Assembly (NCBI GenBank): GCA_041688515.1
Contig: JBDNHZ010000185.1
Span: 1,376 to 65,375, forward strand
Length of the DNA stretch: 64,000 nucleotides
From: Verrucomicrobiota bacterium
GTDB lineage: Bacteria; Verrucomicrobiota; Verrucomicrobiia; Limisphaerales; UBA9464
Direction: 5' to 3'
Program-made: the position numbers and the translations under genes
Part shown: positions 62,690 through 64,000 of the stretch, one piece after another
Layout of the letters: the number at the start of each line of letters is the position of its first letter
Numbering within the stretch: the first letter of the stretch is position 1
The notes under the pieces: model-generated
What the model was told of the DNA's origin: nothing
Seen by the model: only the letters and a program-made list of their open reading frames with translations
Databases searched by the model: none

Positions 62690-62729
62690 CTTTGAATAAA
62701 GAGAGGACGGCTGTTTGCCACAGCCGTCC
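62690..62729 (-). terminator. hairpin plus T-rich tract between rplL and rpoB (attenuator/partial terminator)
   Basis: The minus strand reads ggacggctgt-ggcaa-acagccgtcc (10-bp stem) followed by tctctttattc. It lies 18 nt after the rplL stop. An rplL-rpoB attenuator is well known in E. coli. Confidence 0.6.
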
Positions 62730-62747
62730 CTTGTTAACAGGAGTAGG

Positions 62748-63128
62748 CTACTTCAACTCAACCTTGCCACCAGCCTCCTCGAGCTTCTTCTTTGCGGCCT
62801 CCGCTTCGGCCTTCGGAGCACCCTCAAGCACAGGCTTGGGCGCACCCTCAACGAGGGCCTTCGCTTCAGCCAGACCGAGTCCTGCTTTGACCTCGCGAAC
62901 CGCCTTAATGACCCCAATCTTCTTGTCAGCAGGCACCGAAGCCAGAATGACATCAAAGGTATCCTTCGGTGCTTCGGCAGCAGCGGCAGCAGCAACCGGA
63001 GCGGCGGCAGCAGCGGCCGGAGCGGCGGCAGTAACGCCCCACTTCGCTTCAAGTTGCTTAACCAAGTCAGCGGCCTCTAGGACCGTGAGCTTGCTGAGTT
63101 CTTCCACCAACGTGTTGATATCGGGCAT
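62748..63128 (-). CDS. rplL: 50S ribosomal protein L7/L12
   Basis: [32 protein letters not shown], Ala-rich hinge, [28 protein letters not shown]. Confidence 0.95.
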   Translation of the reverse strand: MPDINTLVEELSKLTVLEAADLVKQLEAKWGVTAAAPAAAAAAPVAAAAAAEAPKDTFDVILASVPADKKIGVIKAVREVKAGLGLAEAKALVEGAPKPVLEGAPKAEAEAAKKKLEEAGGKVELK

Positions 63129-63259
63129 GGTATTCTGCGATTCGTATCGTCGTGGGAAAGGCGATCCCCAATTGGTCCAACGCCTGCAGACCGACGATTT
63201 ACTTGTTTTTTGTTTGTGACGGAACCCTCACGGGATCTGTCGAGAGTGGCGCGGCGCTG

Positions 63260-63769
63260 TCAGCCCTTGTCGGCGTTTGCCTGAATGACGCGGGCCAACT
63301 GCGTGGCGGGAGTATTGATGAGTGCTACCAACTTCTGGGCAGGGGCTTGGAGGATTCCAAGGATCCTGCCCTGCAACTGCTCCAGGGGAGGAAGATCAGC
63401 AATCACCCGAATCTCCGCAGCGGTCAGTGCTTTGGATCCGATGTAGGCGAATTGCAACTTGGGCTTGTCGAACTCGGCCTGGTAGCTCTTGAGACCCTTG
63501 GCAGCTGCGGCCAAGTCCTTCTTGCCGGTAACAACAGCCAATTGACCCGCCAAGGTTCCCCCTAGGTCTGCCACTCCGGCCTCTTTTGCAGCAACCCGGA
63601 ACAGAGTGTTCTTAACTACATGCATTTCCGCATGGGCCTTTGCGAGGCGCTTGCGGAGCTCATTGAACTGCCCTACCGAAAGACCACGGTAGTCAACGAC
63701 GAGGAAAAACGGCGATTGGGAGAGACGTTGGACGTACTCTGCCGAAATGAATTTCTTTTCAGCGCGCAT
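63260..63769 (-). CDS. rplJ: 50S ribosomal protein L10
   Basis: FFLVVDYRGLSVGQFNELRKRL...MHVVKNTLFRVA; 169 aa, immediately upstream of rplL. Confidence 0.95.
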   Translation of the reverse strand: MRAEKKFISAEYVQRLSQSPFFLVVDYRGLSVGQFNELRKRLAKAHAEMHVVKNTLFRVAAKEAGVADLGGTLAGQLAVVTGKKDLAAAAKGLKSYQAEFDKPKLQFAYIGSKALTAAEIRVIADLPPLEQLQGRILGILQAPAQKLVALINTPATQLARVIQANADKG

Positions 63770-63782
63770 GGGTCAGAGAAGA

Positions 63783-64000
63783 TTAGGCTTTGGCGAATTC
63801 ACGGATATCGACCCGAACCGCAGGGCTCATGGTCAATGACAAGGTAATGGTTCGAACGAAAACCCCTCTGGCGCTCGCGGGGCGAGCCTTGTACACCGCC
63901 TCAATGACGGCGCGGGCATTCTCATTGATCTGGGCGGCAGAGAAAGACGCCTTCCCGATAGCGACGTGAACGTTACCGGCCTTGTCGATCTTGAATTCAA
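63783..64000 (-). CDS. rplA: 50S ribosomal protein L1, C-terminal part (5' end outside window)
   Basis: Hand translation of the minus strand: ...FKIDKAGNVHVAIGKASFSAAQINENARAVIEAVYKARPASARGVFVRTITLSLTMSPAVRVDIREFAKA, then TAA at 63783-63785. Not in the ORF track because the start lies outside the window. Confidence 0.85.
   Translation of the reverse strand, partial: EFKIDKAGNVHVAIGKASFSAAQINENARAVIEAVYKARPASARGVFVRTITLSLTMSPAVRVDIREFAKA

Overview
This is a GC-rich bacterial chromosome segment. Family content (a PSCyt1-type CxxCH mini-cytochrome, a TIGR03067-like domain, an LTD-CotH giant protein) suggests a PVC / Verrucomicrobiota-like organism; that is inference, not a search result. Long antisense ORFs are common and were treated as GC artefacts. 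Window order: (1) 0.5-7.7 kb, a minus-strand co-directional run VTC - DUF4956 - HlyD-like adaptor - GT4 (frame-broken) - UbiA prenyltransferase - P450 - terpene-cyclase-fold protein (frame-broken). (2) A small cytochrome and a 1751-aa secreted S8 protease. (3) An EboE-like TIM barrel, ptsI and a sugar nucleotidyltransferase. (4) tRNA-Asp(GUC), followed by an integrase pseudogene and IS-like debris. (5) 19.6-41.8 kb, a 12-gene minus-strand run glgE, treS-pep2, discoidin-like, DHH phosphoesterase, cdaA-ybbR fusion, malQ, glgC, glgB, treZ, GH57, treY, mscS, preceded by a PAS histidine kinase and a LuxR regulator. (6) A roughly 400-570 bp gene-free stretch ending in a diverged copy of the tRNA-Asp 3' end plus an intrinsic terminator. 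(7) A CbiX-like chelatase, a TIGR03067-ThuA fusion, and a plus-strand S1 protease - SxxK hydrolase - LTD/CotH operon. (8) An LD-carboxypeptidase, then rpoC, rpoB, rplL, rplJ and partial rplA. Two leads stand out: tRNA-Asp att-like direct repeats bracket the 26.5-kb glucan/trehalose block, and that block hard-wires both trehalose/alpha-glucan routes to c-di-AMP enzymes and an MscS channel. All coordinates and alignments were done by hand, and start codons are often uncertain.
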